A DNA stretch of 64,000 nucleotides from an uncultured cyanobacterium (GTDB lineage: Bacteria > Cyanobacteriota > Cyanobacteriia > Cyanobacteriales > Cyanobacteriaceae): NCBI GenBank assembly GCA_963749915.1, contig CAVVOP010000022.1:544001-608000 (forward strand), written 5' to 3'. Position numbers and translations under genes: made by a program. Under the pieces are notes generated by a model. It was not told the DNA's origin. It did not search any database and saw only the letters and a list, made by a program, of their open reading frames with translations. Below are positions 29,094-39,018 of this stretch, in pieces; positions within the stretch are counted from its first letter, which is position 1; each line of letters starts with the position of its first letter.

Positions 29094-31745
29094 ATGACAA
29101 CATTTGATTTTTCTCGCCAAGTAGTATTAAATGTCACCACCACCGAAGACCAAAACGATGGTAGTACAGCTAATGGACTTTCATTGAGAGATGCCATCTT
29201 ACAAGCCAATGCCAATCCCTCTAAGGAATATATTATTAACCTGCCTGCGGGTACTTATAATTTAACCATTCAAAATATTTTACAACCACCTGCTATTGAC
29301 GACAGTACTCCTGATTTAGATACTTTAAAAGAAAGTCGTAAAACTACGGGAGATGTCGATATTAGCGGTAGAATTACCCTTATCGGTGAAGACCCGAATA
29401 ATACGATTATTAGCGGTGCAGGATTACAAAAAATCTTTAACGGTGCTAATTTAGAAGGGAATCCACCCAGAACTGTAACTCGTGTTTTTACCGTAGGCGA
29501 TCGAGTATTTGATGTTCTTTCAGGGGGGAATTTAACGTTAGAAAATGTTACGGTGCAAGATGGACTACTGATTGAGGATCAAACTATCTTTGTGGATACC
29601 AATGGCGATGGTAGGATTAACACTTTGGACCCGCGAGAAGTAATACAAATAGGAAATATCGATACAACACCAAACGGTGGTGCCATTAATGTTGAAATAG
29701 GTGCGACAGCCGTCATTAATAATACTATCATTGCCAATAGTATCAGTGAAGTTAAAGGAGGCGGAATTAATAACAGTGGGAATCTGATCTTAAATGACTC
29801 TATCATCAAAAACAATAAAGCTACCATAATTAATACCGCTAACTTTATTAACGCCGAAGTTAAAACAGGAGGAGGTATTTTTAATAACGGTACTTTAGAG
29901 ATAAACCGTAGTTCGATTATTGGCAATTTTGTTCAATCTTCTCAACCTACGGACATTGAGGGTGCTGGGGCCGGTATAACCAATGATTCAGGGGGTATTC
30001 TCACCATTGTTAATGGTACAATATCAGGCAATGACGCAGGAGTAGATGCCGGTGGGGGGATACTGACCAGAAGTAGAACCACGATCATTAACTCAACTAT
30101 TACTGACAATATCGGGCAAGTAGGTGGTGGTATTTATTCTGAAACTACAGGAGCAAATACAGTAATTAACAATAGCATCGTTGCCGATAATAAAATTCCC
30201 ACAGAATTAGTAGAAGAAATTACAAGGGATTTTCCTCAATTCAATTTAATTGGTGTGAACGACGTGAATTTTGTGAATGAGTTCATTTGGGATATTATTC
30301 AGGATACGAATAATCTAATTCAACCACCCCCTGATGCTGATCCTTTCAGAGATTCCTACTATGATATTCGTATTCTTTACAAAAACGGAGATCCTTTTTC
30401 TCCTTTTCCTCCTGAGGGATTAGATATAAGTTCAAGAGTGGATCTTGAAAATCTAGTCTTTGATCAAAATGCTGATGTTCAATATGTTTTTAATCGTTAT
30501 TCTGGAGAGGATTTAGATAACTTTTTTACGGAGAATAACGGTTTTGTCAATGAAGATAATAATTTAGTGACAAACGTGGATCAAAACTTTGTTTTTGCCT
30601 ATCGCAATGACTCAAATAATTTAGTTTTTCTAGAAACAGATTTTGAATTTGACTCTGAAGGAAAACTGGTTTTAGTACTTACAGATTCCACCGTTAATCC
30701 CAGTACTGAGTTTACTCAGGATATCTTTATCGCTGACAAAGAGGAAATTTTTACTTTTGATACTTTTAACAATACTTTGTTACTTGATGACGCTAATAAA
30801 CGTCAGGCTAGTTTTGTGCGAGATCAAAATAATCAGGTTCGTAACTTTTCCAATGTAGTCAATTTTCAAAATAGGACGATCGCAACTATTACTACAGAAA
30901 TACCAAATCCACCTTTACCCACGGATATTGATGGTTTTTTTGGTAGCGGTAGCTCATTTAATTTAATCGGTAGCAGTAGTGCTAATGGTATTGTGGATGG
31001 AGTTAATAATAATATTGTTGGTAGTACAAGTAATCCTCTGAATCCGCAATTGGAACCTATTACAGATTCTCAGGGAAATATTATTGCCTATGAATTATTA
31101 AGTGACAGTCCGGCTATAAACGCTGGAAATAACGAAATTGTCTCATTACGTCAGTTTTTTTCTGATAATCCCGTAGATCGATTTGGTAATCCTCGCATCA
31201 ATGACGGTACTGTAGATATTGGTAGCGTGGAATCTGGTTTTAGTAATAGTAACAATAATAATAATTTAGATCAGATCCCCGTTCTCAACGATGGTGATTC
31301 TTTATTAAATACTCCCATTTTTCGTTTTCAAAATGCTAATGTACTGGGTACTTACCTTTATGCAGGTGAACAAGAAGCCCAAAGTATTCGCTCGAATTTT
31401 CCCAATTTTATCGATGAAGGATTAGCTTTTAAAGTGGGAATTAACCCCGATGACGAATTAATTCCTATATACCGTTTCCAAAACAGTGCAAAACCCGGTA
31501 CTTATCTTTATGTTGGGATGGAAGAGAGACAAAGTATTTTAAGCAATAATCCTAATTTTCTTGATGAAGGTATCGCCTTTTATGTATATGGTGCGGATGC
31601 CAATAAAGGACAAGATATTTATCGTTTCCAAAACATTAATAATCCAGGTACTTACTTATTTGTAGGAGAAGCAGAAAAAAATAATATCCTCGCCAATTTT
31701 AACAACTTCCAATTAGAAGGAGTTGCTTTTGAAGTAAATGCGTAA
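29094..31745 (+). CDS. Exoprotein 2, paralogue with a large internal insert
   Basis: Same N- and C-terminal architecture as exoprotein 1; DTNGDGRINTLD Ca-binding-like loop; ~240-aa extra region. Confidence 0.8.
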   Translation: MTTFDFSRQVVLNVTTTEDQNDGSTANGLSLRDAILQANANPSKEYIINLPAGTYNLTIQNILQPPAIDDSTPDLDTLKESRKTTGDVDISGRITLIGEDPNNTIISGAGLQKIFNGANLEGNPPRTVTRVFTVGDRVFDVLSGGNLTLENVTVQDGLLIEDQTIFVDTNGDGRINTLDPREVIQIGNIDTTPNGGAINVEIGATAVINNTIIANSISEVKGGGINNSGNLILNDSIIKNNKATIINTANFINAEVKTGGGIFNNGTLEINRSSIIGNFVQSSQPTDIEGAGAGITNDSGGILTIVNGTISGNDAGVDAGGGILTRSRTTIINSTITDNIGQVGGGIYSETTGANTVINNSIVADNKIPTELVEEITRDFPQFNLIGVNDVNFVNEFIWDIIQDTNNLIQPPPDADPFRDSYYDIRILYKNGDPFSPFPPEGLDISSRVDLENLVFDQNADVQYVFNRYSGEDLDNFFTENNGFVNEDNNLVTNVDQNFVFAYRNDSNNLVFLETDFEFDSEGKLVLVLTDSTVNPSTEFTQDIFIADKEEIFTFDTFNNTLLLDDANKRQASFVRDQNNQVRNFSNVVNFQNRTIATITTEIPNPPLPTDIDGFFGSGSSFNLIGSSSANGIVDGVNNNIVGSTSNPLNPQLEPITDSQGNIIAYELLSDSPAINAGNNEIVSLRQFFSDNPVDRFGNPRINDGTVDIGSVESGFSNSNNNNNLDQIPVLNDGDSLLNTPIFRFQNANVLGTYLYAGEQEAQSIRSNFPNFIDEGLAFKVGINPDDELIPIYRFQNSAKPGTYLYVGMEERQSILSNNPNFLDEGIAFYVYGADANKGQDIYRFQNINNPGTYLFVGEAEKNNILANFNNFQLEGVAFEVNA

Positions 31746-31877
31746 CTAAAAAGATCGTCAAATTTTAGGAAAAAACAACAGGGTAATCGCAGCTAATAAT
31801 AGTCGATTGGTCTATTGTCTGGTTCTTTTCGTCCCAATACTGTTCGGAAGCGTGCCGAAAAGGTTACTGTGAGGGAA

Positions 31878-31905
31878 AAGTAATAAGTAATAAGTAATAA
31901 GTAAT
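31878..31905. repeat. Heptamer tandem repeat (AAGTAAT)4
   Basis: Read directly from the sequence; lies inside the MITE. Confidence 0.85.
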
Positions 31906-31994
31906 AAGTTAGTAATATATAACTTCAGATTTTGAGTCCAAAATCCTACTCTGAAAGAAACTCAGAACTATAATTTCCCTGATTTTATTACCTT

Positions 31995-32106
31995 CTAACT
32001 TGAAAGTACACACTTTCATGCTTGGGGGTGAAATTTTTTTCATGACGACTAACTTGAAAGTGCCAACTTTCATCTCTGATGGTGAAAATTTTTTTTCATG
32101 GAGACT
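31995..32106. repeat. Two tandem ~55-bp double-hairpin units
   Basis: CTAACTTGAAAGT-N4-ACTTTCAT...GGTGAAA-T-tract-CATG..GACT, starting at 31995 and 32049. Confidence 0.8.
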
Positions 32107-32802
32107 GCCTCCTGCCTTACCACCGCCGACAATTATATTTTCCAAAACCCTCGCAGTATTGCTTTTCGTCCTGAGGATCAAGTCTGCGTTCTCCGTAGTT
32201 ATATTCCCCAAAGGGAAACATTAATTAAAGAGGCGGCAACTCCAGTTCAGAGAATGCAAAAAGCATTAATTCAATCTCCGAGCAGTATTGGAAGCTACTT
32301 TATCATTTTTCAGCTTAGACCATCTAAATTAATTTTTGACCTCGGCAGTTACGTAAATATTTAGGATTAATTAAATTAAGTATTTTTACTGGTATTTTCA
32401 CTTAATAATAATCAACTAAAGTTTACTTTTATTTTAGTTTCAATCTCTTCAAAATAGAGCATTAACCTTTGTTCGTGGAATCTCTATAATAATTCTAAAT
32501 TAATTAGAATATCTGATCCGTATATACTCACTTATTAAGTAGGAATTAAGTTCAGTATATTCCTTTAATTAAAGGAATCCAGCATATTTAAAATTGATTA
32601 AGTTAAGTGTTTTTACCGATTTTTTACTTAATAAAAATTAAACTAAAATTAACTTTTATTTCAAACTATTCAAAATAAAGGATTTCCATATAAAACAACG
32701 TTTTTAACCCCCTGTTTTTACATGAAAAAATTATTTATTTCTAAAAAAAATAGATTAGAATAAAGTTAGGTAAAAAACTTTAGTTAGGAAAATATTTAAT
32801 CT

Positions 32803-35103
32803 ATGGCTACTATTTCTTTAGACGTTACCACTACCCTAGACCAAAACGATGGTAGTGATTATCAAGGCTTATCTTTAAGAGATGCCATTTTACAAGCTAA
32901 CGCTGATTCCAGTAATGAATACATTATCAATTTACCTGCAGGTATTTATGATTTAACTATCAAAAATGTGTTATTACCAACTACTGACTCTAGTGCTGAT
33001 TCTGATACGTTATTTCGTAGTCGTTTAACAACAGGGGATTTAGATATTACTGGTAACATTACTATTATCGGTGCTGATCCTGCCAATACCATTATCAATG
33101 CAGAAACTTTAACAGAGCCTCTTCCTCCTGTTATTGATCCAGATAATCCTTTTCCAGACGATCCTGTGGTACCAACAGAAACTATCGGCGATCGCATTTT
33201 TGATGTACTTTCCGCAACGACTTCAGGAAAACCCACGGATGGATCTTTAGTTGTCCAAAATGTAACCATAACAGGGGGAATTATTTCAGATGAAAACATT
33301 GAAACCATCTCCAACGGTGGTGCTTTAAATATTGAGTCAGGGGCAGAAGCCACTTTTATCAATAGTATTATTGCAAAGAGTAAAGTTACTGCGGGTCAAG
33401 GGGGTGGAATTAACAATGATGGAACTTTAACTTTAGATGGTAGTATTCTTGACGGTAATAACTCATCGGATAACGCTGGAGGTATTTACAATAGGGGCAC
33501 TTTAACTATTCGTGATAGTGCCATTATTAACAATTTAGCCGATGCAGCCGCCCCAGATATTATAGAAGGTGGAGGTGGTGGTGTTCTCAATGAGAATGGT
33601 GGAACCCTAATTATGGTTAATACTACAGTATCAGGTAACAGAAGTGCCTCCGAAAATGATACGAACCCTGACAATATTCCCAATGGTCCGGGAGATGGAG
33701 GCGGTGGTATATTATCCAGAGGAACCACCAGAATTATCAACTCTACCATTGTTAATAACTTTGCTCAAGTTGGCTCAGGTATTTATTCAGAAACCACTAC
33801 AGCGAATACTATTTTATATAATACGATCGTTGGTAATAATAGTGGTAGTCCCGACTTAGACGGCTTTTTTGATTCTCGCAGTGCATTTAACCTAGTAAGT
33901 AATGCGAATGGATCAATCTTGGATGCTAGTCAAGGGAATATTGTCGGTGGGGCCACAACTCCGAGAATAGATATATTAATTGGTCCTTTACAAGATAATG
34001 GTGGACCCACCCCAAACCACGCGTTATTGTCGGGTAGTCTAGCTATTAATGCGGGGGATAACAGTATGGTCGATTTTCCCGTCTTTTTCCCTGATAGTCC
34101 TGCTTTAGATCAAAGAGGTTCGGAACGTATCAGCGATGGAACTATTGACATTGGTGCTTATGAGGTTTTCGTTCAAGGAACTACTCCCATTACCACTCCC
34201 ACTAACCCCATTGACACCTCCACCACGGGAGTAAATGACACAGTTACCAATAGCGGATCTACTTCTACTACTGACTCCGATGACACCTCCACCACGGGAG
34301 TAAATGACACAGTTACCAATAGCGGATCTACTTCTACTACCGACTCCGATGATACCTCCACCACGGTAGTGAATGACACAGTTACCAATAGCGGATCTAC
34401 TTCTACTACTGACTCCGATGATACCTCCACCACGGTAGTAAATGACACACTTACCAATAGCGGATCTACTTCTACTACTGACTCCGATGATACCTCCACC
34501 ACGGGAGTGAATGACACACTTACCAATAGCGGATCCACTTCTACTACTAACTCCGATGATACCTCCACCACGGGAGTGAATGACACACTTACTAATTCTG
34601 TTCTTGGTATTTCTGACGGGGCGGTAGTTCTTAACCAAACCTCGGATAATAGTGATCCTCTATTAAATAGTCCTATCTTCCGCTTTCAAAATATCAGTGT
34701 ACCTGGTACTTATCTTTATGCTGGTGAGGAAGAATCTCAAAATATTCGCAGTCAATTTCCTAATTTTCAAGATGAAGGATTTGCATTCAACGTTGCACAA
34801 GCCCCCGCAGATGATTTAATTGCTATGTATCGTTTTCAAAATAGTTTAGTCCCTGGTACATATCTATTTGCCGCCGAAGAAGAAAGTATCAGTATTCGTG
34901 AAGACTTCCCGAACTTTGTTGAAGAAGGTATTGCCTTCTATGCTTATGGTGCAGATGCCGATAAAGGACAAGATATTTATCGCTTCCAAAGCGTAAATAA
35001 TCCCGGTACTTATTTATTTGCAGGAGAAGCAGAAAAGAATAGTATTTTAGCGAATTTCTCTTCTAGTTTCATTTTAGAAGGGGTTGCTTTTGAAGTTGGT
35101 TAA
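32803..35103 (+). CDS. Exoprotein 3, paralogue with a Ser/Thr/Asp-rich repeat stalk
   Basis: LDVTTTLDQNDG...LSLRDAI, GPLQDNGGPTPNHALLSGSLAINAG...DQRG...DIGAYE, three C-terminal repeats. Confidence 0.82.
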   Translation: MATISLDVTTTLDQNDGSDYQGLSLRDAILQANADSSNEYIINLPAGIYDLTIKNVLLPTTDSSADSDTLFRSRLTTGDLDITGNITIIGADPANTIINAETLTEPLPPVIDPDNPFPDDPVVPTETIGDRIFDVLSATTSGKPTDGSLVVQNVTITGGIISDENIETISNGGALNIESGAEATFINSIIAKSKVTAGQGGGINNDGTLTLDGSILDGNNSSDNAGGIYNRGTLTIRDSAIINNLADAAAPDIIEGGGGGVLNENGGTLIMVNTTVSGNRSASENDTNPDNIPNGPGDGGGGILSRGTTRIINSTIVNNFAQVGSGIYSETTTANTILYNTIVGNNSGSPDLDGFFDSRSAFNLVSNANGSILDASQGNIVGGATTPRIDILIGPLQDNGGPTPNHALLSGSLAINAGDNSMVDFPVFFPDSPALDQRGSERISDGTIDIGAYEVFVQGTTPITTPTNPIDTSTTGVNDTVTNSGSTSTTDSDDTSTTGVNDTVTNSGSTSTTDSDDTSTTVVNDTVTNSGSTSTTDSDDTSTTVVNDTLTNSGSTSTTDSDDTSTTGVNDTLTNSGSTSTTNSDDTSTTGVNDTLTNSVLGISDGAVVLNQTSDNSDPLLNSPIFRFQNISVPGTYLYAGEEESQNIRSQFPNFQDEGFAFNVAQAPADDLIAMYRFQNSLVPGTYLFAAEEESISIREDFPNFVEEGIAFYAYGADADKGQDIYRFQSVNNPGTYLFAGEAEKNSILANFSSSFILEGVAFEVG
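34213..34596 (+). repeat. 69-bp coding tandem repeat (about 5.6 copies)
   Basis: Units start at 34213, 34282, 34351, 34420, 34489 and 34558 and encode DTSTT(G/V)VNDT(V/L)TNSGSTSTTDSD. Confidence 0.95.
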
Positions 35104-35202
35104 TTTAAACCACTAGGCTTGTTCGCATCTAAATTTACTGATGGAGGAAGGGAACAGGGAATCAGGTAACAGGTAAGATATTCAATCTTATTTACTACTT
35201 TT

Positions 35203-35248
35203 AAACTCAGAACTATAATTTAGCTGATTTTATTCCCTTCTGCCTCCT
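35203..35248. repeat. Dispersed repeat matching the interior of the 31835-32161 MITE
   Basis: AAACTCAGAACTATAATTTAGCTGATTTTATTCCCTTCTGCCTCCT versus 31958-31996 joined to 32107-32113. Confidence 0.7.
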
Positions 35249-35271
35249 CTTTTTATTTATGGTATAGGATG

Positions 35272-35937
35272 TTATAGCATGGGATGTCTCCCCAAAGAAG
35301 CTAAAGCGATGGCTTGAGTAATAATCTGGTGTTCTTGAATTTGAATGCGATGATGTAAGGTATCCAGGGTATCATCGGCTAAAATAGGTACGGCGGCTTG
35401 GATTAAAATAGGACCGCTATCTACTTCTAAATCCACTAAATGTACTGTACAACCCGTAATTTTAACCTTTGCTTTTAAGGCTTGTTCAATGGCATTAATA
35501 CCTTTAAAACTCGGTAATAAACTCGGATGTATATTAATTACTTTTTGGGGAAAAGCCGTTAATAAAACGTTGGTAATAATACGCATCCAACCAGCCATCA
35601 CAATCCACTCTACTTGGTGAGCTTTAAATACTTCCACAATAGCCTGATCTAACGCTTCTCGACTAGGGTAATCACGATGATTTAATAATACCGAAGGAAT
35701 ATTAAGTCTATCGGCCCTTTCTTTTACCTTAGCATGGGGATTGTTATAAACTAATACCGCAATTTTACCATTCAGTTTCCCTTCATTAATGCCTTGGGCG
35801 ATGGCCTCGAAATTACTACCACTACCCGAAGCCATTACACCCAATTTGATAGTTTGATTTAATCGTAATTGATCCCATGTCAAAGATGGTGAAACCATAG
35901 CAGAGGGAAGAGAATGATCCATAATTGAATAGTTCAT
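35272..35937 (-). CDS. purN: Phosphoribosylglycinamide formyltransferase
   Basis: MASGSGSNFEAI, MAGWMRI, INIHPSLLPSFKG, GCTVHLV...DSGPILIQ. Confidence 0.95.
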   Translation of the reverse strand: MNYSIMDHSLPSAMVSPSLTWDQLRLNQTIKLGVMASGSGSNFEAIAQGINEGKLNGKIAVLVYNNPHAKVKERADRLNIPSVLLNHRDYPSREALDQAIVEVFKAHQVEWIVMAGWMRIITNVLLTAFPQKVINIHPSLLPSFKGINAIEQALKAKVKITGCTVHLVDLEVDSGPILIQAAVPILADDTLDTLHHRIQIQEHQIITQAIALASLGRHPML

Positions 35938-35979
35938 TACAATAATATGGTGTTTAAATACTTTTTCAGCAAATTCTAA

Positions 35980-36732
35980 CTATTCATTGCTATAAAAATT
36001 TACCAAGGGTAACTTTTTATGTTTTAAATAATAACCTAATAAGATAAATAAAGCGATCGCTATCGTGCCTAAACCGATATAATTAGGTAGCCAAAAAATG
36101 GCAGTAATATCATTAATTTGTCCAGCTTCTAGTTGAATATTATATTGATTATCATCAGTTTTTTCCCACCTAGGAAACTCGTTGTCTTTGACTAATTTCG
36201 CCCCCCAAGGAAAATTAAACTGTATTTGTAAATCAATTAAATTTCCTGAAGAAATAACAATTGTGCCATCATTAGAAATTACGCCTAAAGGACGTAAATC
36301 AGCATTGAAATGAAGAGTATTTCTTTCTAAGAAAATTAAATTATTTTGTTGAATTGACATTTCTGCTTTTAATTCTAATAGATTACCAGAGTTATTTTTA
36401 GCAAGATTTTGTTGGGATTTTTTACTTAATTGAGGGACGAAAAATTGGTTGAATTTATCTACTAATTCTTGACCATTATTAAAGGGAATTGTCACAACTA
36501 ATTCTTCTTTAGAAAGGCGCTTTGTTTTTCCTTGTAATTTTACGGCTTGACGTTCAATATTATTTAACCAAGTATTCCCCTCTCCTTCGCTAAAACTGGT
36601 TAATTGTTCCCCTAGTTTAATATGCTGAATCAGCATACCACTATTAGCTTGAGGAAATGTAACTGCTACATCATAACGAACACAGCCTGTTAGACTGATT
36701 ATTAAACAAAGAAACAATAGTATTTTTTTCAT
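35980..36732 (-). CDS. Membrane lipoprotein (DUF3153-like)
   Basis: Lipobox LTGC-VRYD and a C-terminal TM helix after FWLP. Confidence 0.7.
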   Translation of the reverse strand: MKKILLFLCLIISLTGCVRYDVAVTFPQANSGMLIQHIKLGEQLTSFSEGEGNTWLNNIERQAVKLQGKTKRLSKEELVVTIPFNNGQELVDKFNQFFVPQLSKKSQQNLAKNNSGNLLELKAEMSIQQNNLIFLERNTLHFNADLRPLGVISNDGTIVISSGNLIDLQIQFNFPWGAKLVKDNEFPRWEKTDDNQYNIQLEAGQINDITAIFWLPNYIGLGTIAIALFILLGYYLKHKKLPLVNFYSNE

Positions 36733-36943
36733 AGTTTTTAGTAAATATCAAATGATCCACCATCAATGTGGTCGCAATACACCCCACTAGCTTTAATCGT
36801 GCAATCTATTGCGAAGGGATTTGTAATCATAGAAAAAAGATGGTAGATTTTAAAACCAATTAAGAGAATCTCTATCCCCTGTTGCCCATTCCCATTGCCT
36901 ACGCTAACCAAATATACAATTAATTTTGCCTACTGAACTTACA

Positions 36944-37699
36944 TTAAAAAAGAGACTTTTCCGCCAAATCTACCACTACCCAGTCCAAAAAATCCACAGG
37001 GGCGGTAAATTCTATTTGTGCTTCAGGAGCAGGACTTTTATTAAGATCGATGGTTGTAACCTTCCCGATAGGTATATCTGGGGGGAAAATGCTACTAATA
37101 TTAGAAGTAGTGACAACATCGCCAATTTTTACGTCTCTTACTTTAGCATAAAATTCCATTAAGCCCATTTGAGTACCTTGTCCTTTGATAAAACCTTGAT
37201 AACCTGTTCGGCTAAGGGTTGCACCCACTCGACTATTATAATCGCTTACTAACAAAACTCGGCTTGTATTGGGGCTAACTTCCGTGATTTTACCTACTAA
37301 ACCGCCGACACTCATCACCACGTGATTGATTTTAATCCCTTTATTACTACCCACATCAATGGTAATTACCTGCCACCAAGCATCAGGACTTCTACCGATA
37401 ACCCTAGCAGTAATTAACGGATGTGGAGATTTTTCGACATATTTAACAATTTTTTTCAAGCTTTGATTTTGAGCCTCTAAAGCAACTATTTTATTACTTA
37501 ACTCTTGAATGGCAGGCTGTTCATATAAGCCTTGGCGATCAATTTGAGGATTAGATAACCAAGAAGGAGAAAGGTGATATAAAGTCTCAGAAATAAAAGC
37601 TCCCTGACTATAGTAAACCTGTAAAGCCACAAGAATACTCATTAGTCCGAAGACTAATTGAATTCCGTATTTTTGCCACCAGCGATAAAAAAATTTCAA
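36944..37699 (-). CDS. mreC: Rod shape-determining protein MreC
   Basis: N-terminal TM helix, coiled coil, ARVIGRSPDAWWQVITIDVGS, GLVGKI, GDVVTTS...FPPDIPIG. Confidence 0.9.
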   Translation of the reverse strand: MKFFYRWWQKYGIQLVFGLMSILVALQVYYSQGAFISETLYHLSPSWLSNPQIDRQGLYEQPAIQELSNKIVALEAQNQSLKKIVKYVEKSPHPLITARVIGRSPDAWWQVITIDVGSNKGIKINHVVMSVGGLVGKITEVSPNTSRVLLVSDYNSRVGATLSRTGYQGFIKGQGTQMGLMEFYAKVRDVKIGDVVTTSNISSIFPPDIPIGKVTTIDLNKSPAPEAQIEFTAPVDFLDWVVVDLAEKSLF

Positions 37700-37808
37700 A
37701 GCTTTAAATCTAAAATAAGAAAATTAATTTGCTACTATTGATGGCTCATTGCTATCAATAATAAAATAAATATACACTTCCTTGTACACCTGTGTTCCCG
37801 TCCCTTCT

Positions 37809-38741
37809 CTAGCGATGGCGAGGGATTTGATAACGGAAAAAATCATAAGCTAAAACTGTTTGCGGAAAAATTGATTGTGCCTCCTTCAATAAATCACTCA
37901 TCTGTAGGGCATTTCCGGGGGCGTAACGGGGGCTAAAATGAGTCATGATTAATTGCTTTACCTGTGCCGCTAAAGCCACTTGTGCCGCCATAGTCGTGGT
38001 AGAGTGCATTTTTTCAAAGGCCATTTCTGCGTCTTGATGGGCAAAAGTAGCTTCGTGAATTAAAACATCAGCATTCTCCGCTAAAGCGATGGCATTTTCA
38101 CAAAAAACTGTGTCAGTACAATAAACAAACTTCCGACCGATTTCCGTTGGTCCACAAAATCGAGAGCCAACAAATTTCCGCCCATCTTCAAGGGTGATGG
38201 TTTCACCTGCTTTGAGTTTGCCATAAACAGGCCCAAAAGGGATACCCATTTTTTTCGCTTTTTCCACATCAAATTTACCTGGTTTATCCTTTTCCGTGAT
38301 GCGATAACCAAAAGCAGTTACACGATGTTTCAGCATTTCTGTGGTAACGATAAATTCTTCATCTTCGTAGATTAGACCAGGTTCAACAGTATTAATATTC
38401 ACACCATAGGGAAAATAAGTGTAAGAGTATTTCATACAAGCTTTTAAATAAGGTTCGATACCAGGAGGTCCATATACTTCAACATTTTCTGCATGAGCTC
38501 CTAAACCACAGCTAGCTAATAATCCCATTAAACCAAAGGTATGATCCCCATGCATATGGGTAACAAAAATTTTTTTAAGTTGAGAGGTTTTTAAATCACT
38601 GCGTAACAGTTGATGTTGAGTACCCTCTCCGCAATCAAATAACCAAATTTCTCCCCGTTGAGTTAGCCGTAAAGCCACGCTGGAAACATTTCTGGATCTA
38701 GTTGGTACCCCTGAACTTGTGCCTAAAAAAGTTACTTCCAC
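37809..38741 (-). CDS. rnz: Ribonuclease Z
   Basis: FLGTSSGVPTRSRN, FDCGEGTQ, THMHGDH, IHEATF, THFSPRY. Confidence 0.96.
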   Translation of the reverse strand: MEVTFLGTSSGVPTRSRNVSSVALRLTQRGEIWLFDCGEGTQHQLLRSDLKTSQLKKIFVTHMHGDHTFGLMGLLASCGLGAHAENVEVYGPPGIEPYLKACMKYSYTYFPYGVNINTVEPGLIYEDEEFIVTTEMLKHRVTAFGYRITEKDKPGKFDVEKAKKMGIPFGPVYGKLKAGETITLEDGRKFVGSRFCGPTEIGRKFVYCTDTVFCENAIALAENADVLIHEATFAHQDAEMAFEKMHSTTTMAAQVALAAQVKQLIMTHFSPRYAPGNALQMSDLLKEAQSIFPQTVLAYDFFRYQIPRHR

Positions 38742-39018
38742 TTTTGATAATTATTATGGGTAAAATGTGATCTGCTTGGGTCTTATCCTCAATTTTAACT
38801 TAACTTAATGTCGAAAGAAGTCTCACAATGCTAATCCGCTCAATATAGCAATAAAATTACAGATAATACATTTATTCGTAATTTTTATGATTTAGTTTGT
38901 TAATGACTGATAAGTTTATTACATTTATTGTTATTTGATAGCATCAGCAATTGATTTTTTTAAACTTAATTACTAATATAAAAATAGACGGCTATCAAAG
39001 CTAAAAATCTTCTCGATA

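Larger units (their letters stand above)
31835..32161. mobile_element. 327-bp MITE with IS4-like ends
   Basis: Ends CAATACTG...CAGTATTG; perfect 10-bp target duplication CTTTTCGTCC at 31825-31834 and 32162-32171. Confidence 0.82.
31809..32274 (+). pseudogene. IS110-family transposase fragment interrupted by a MITE
   Basis: GLLSGSFRP [insertion] FRPEDQVCVLRSYIPQRETLIK...VQRMQKALIQ is typical IS110 sequence. Confidence 0.75.

Noticed and set aside
31995..32106. Mini-CRISPR
   Set aside because: Only two abutting units, with no spacer-length unique sequence between them
31909..32364. Three short ORFs (100, 74 and 88 aa)
   Set aside because: They run through MITE and repeat sequence; only the IS110-like stretch looks like a coding remnant
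34105..34638. Repetitive minus-strand ORFs and a possible CRISPR array
   Set aside because: They are the antisense of a 69-bp coding tandem repeat; there are no unique spacers and no cas genes
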